A DNA stretch of 64,000 bases from Bryobacterales bacterium (GTDB lineage Bacteria; Acidobacteriota; Terriglobia; Bryobacterales; Bryobacteraceae), in assembly GCA_963795935.1 (NCBI GenBank), contig CAWCJO010000023.1, positions 33,688-97,687 of the forward strand, given 5' to 3'. Each line of letters starts with the position of its first letter. Positions within the stretch are counted from its first letter, which is position 1. The notes beneath the pieces were generated by a model. The model made no database searches, was not told where the DNA came from, and saw nothing but the letters and a program-made list of their open reading frames with translations. A program made the position numbers and the translations under genes. Below are positions 62,945-64,000 of this stretch, piece by piece.

Positions 62945-63451
62945 ATGAGAAGCTTCATCGTCACCGGCGCGCCGGGTGCGGGCAAGACAGCGATCATTCG
63001 TCAGTTAGAGCTCGACGGGTTCAGCGTAGTCGAAGAGGCGGCTACTGACGTCATCGCGGCCGCGCAAGCCCAAGGAACGGCCCAACCCTGAATGCATCCC
63101 TCGTTCCTTGATGTAGTCGGTAATCTGCAAAGTGCCCGTCAAATTCGAGCGTCTTATCAATCAGACGAGGTTCAGTTTCACGACCGTTGCGTTGTGTGTA
63201 CCGCGGCTTTGGCAGGCTACCTCGGGGGCCCTTATACGCGCTTCCTTGCCGGCGAATTGGAGCGCGTCAAAAAAGAAGCAATCTACCAACACCGAGTCTT
63301 CTTCATTCGCAATCTTGGCTTCATCACGCCTACCGAAGCGCTGCAAATCGCCTTTGAGGAAACGGTGCGCTTCGAGAAACTTCACGAAGAGATTTACCAT
63401 CAAAGCGGCAATGGCTTAGTCGAACCATTGCCGGCCCGCGGAGTTATTTAA
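62945..63451 (+). pseudogene. P-loop AAA-family ATPase (AAA_28-like) interrupted by an in-frame TGA (63089-63091) at a probable Trp
   Basis: MRSFIVTGAPGAGKTAIIRQL (Walker A) ... AQGTAQP*MHPSFLDVVG continues in the same frame. TGA likely derives from TGG (P-W-M). Confidence 0.55.
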
Positions 63452-63509
63452 CATCCTTCTAAATCGGAACCTAAGCTGCCGACTTCCAGGCCGGCCCACT
63501 AACCTCCGT

Positions 63510-63935
63510 TTACGAATCGAAGCGAACAAGGATCGGCCCGAGCAGATAAGCCGTGAAGCAGCCCGCCACGTACAGCGCCGCCGAGCACCACAACACCACC
63601 CGACTGAAACGGCCGGCCGTCCGGCACGCCGTCGCATCGCGCGCGCCGCATCCGGCGCCCCTCGCCTGAATCTTCGGAGCAATCGCATAAATATAGACGA
63701 AGTTGGCGCTTATAAGAAATCCCGCTATCGCAAATACCCAATCCTTGTGACGCGACATGGTCACCAGCCAGGGCGCTTCCGCCAGCGCCGAGGCGACCGT
63801 GGCGCCTAACCCGACCAGCACCAGCAATGACGGCAGCGCACAGCAAAGAAGCGTCCCAAGGGATGTAAAGAGCGAAAGATAACTGAGTGCGCGCCCACGG
63901 ATTCGCGGCGGCGCACCGCGGAGTCTTGGTTGCAT
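63510..63935 (-). CDS. merT: MerT-like mercuric ion transport membrane protein
   Basis: TM1 with a vicinal Cys pair (GTLLCCALPSLLVLVGLG), cf. MerT ASACCLGPLVLIALG. Second Cys pair GCGARDATAC, cf. MerT CKPGEVC. Three TM helices. The true start is probably downstream of the annotated M. Confidence 0.55.
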   Translation of the reverse strand: MQPRLRGAPPRIRGRALSYLSLFTSLGTLLCCALPSLLVLVGLGATVASALAEAPWLVTMSRHKDWVFAIAGFLISANFVYIYAIAPKIQARGAGCGARDATACRTAGRFSRVVLWCSAALYVAGCFTAYLLGPILVRFDS

Positions 63936-63947
63936 TGTCCTATACCT

Positions 63948-63986
63948 CTTAATTGACTGCGTTAATTGACCGCGTTAATTGACCGC
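63948..63986. repeat. Three tandem 13-bp direct repeats (cTTAATTGACtGC / gTTAATTGACCGC x2) immediately upstream of the merT-like gene
   Basis: Read directly from the sequence. AT-rich units embedded in GC-rich DNA overlap the expected promoter. Confidence 0.7.
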
Positions 63987-64000
63987 GCCGACCTCAAGCG

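Noticed and set aside
63089-63091. In-frame TGA (AAA ATPase) or TAG (SRPBCC, 45067-45069) as selenocysteine or pyrrolysine
   Set aside because: The codons fall at positions where the family consensus has Trp and Glu respectively. No SECIS-like hairpin was noticed downstream. Pyrrolysine is not known in Acidobacteria. Substitution (TGG to TGA, GAG to TAG) is the simplest explanation.
1-64000. Mobile elements, integrases, prophage genes, CRISPR arrays, rRNA
   Set aside because: No transposase or integrase-like translations, no terminal inverted repeats, no regularly spaced repeat-spacer arrays, and no rRNA-like conserved stretches were seen. GC content is uniformly high except for short promoter-like AT patches.

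Overview
This is a high-GC (~63%) chromosomal window that looks like Acidobacteria, probably a Bryobacterales / Candidatus Solibacter-like genome. That placement is inferred from three TonB-dependent receptors with Acidobacteria-type N-terminal carboxypeptidase-regulatory-like domains, a decayed SBBP-repeat / Soli_cterm gene, an ASPIC/UnbV + TPR pair, sulfatases and secreted GH13/GH28-like/GH18 hydrolases. Housekeeping blocks: ppx-CHAD-sixA, nirBD (nirB broken), dinG-queD, cspA with a clear intrinsic terminator, ArsR-SRPBCC, an orphan OmpR-type regulator, and an Omp85-hyp-HK-NtrC operon. The most unusual structure is an ~11.5 kb co-directional cluster (24.2-35.8 kb): TonB receptor, then a ~1000-aa secreted beta-propeller protein with a C-terminal PHP-like phosphoesterase domain, then a P1B-type ATPase whose frame runs without a stop into an HflK-like SPFH domain, then HflC, a second HflK and a small membrane protein. 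An inverted paralog of the propeller/PHP protein sits just downstream, divergent from a third TonB receptor. A second candidate system is a tight patatin / CapA-metallophosphatase / small hypothetical / 2H-phosphoesterase operon (9.6-12.2 kb). At least 14 genes carry single-base indels or nonsense substitutions at conserved positions; this is either real gene decay or an indel-prone assembly. No mobile elements, CRISPR arrays, rRNA or tRNA genes were recognised. All calls are from reading the ORF translations by eye; no searches were run.
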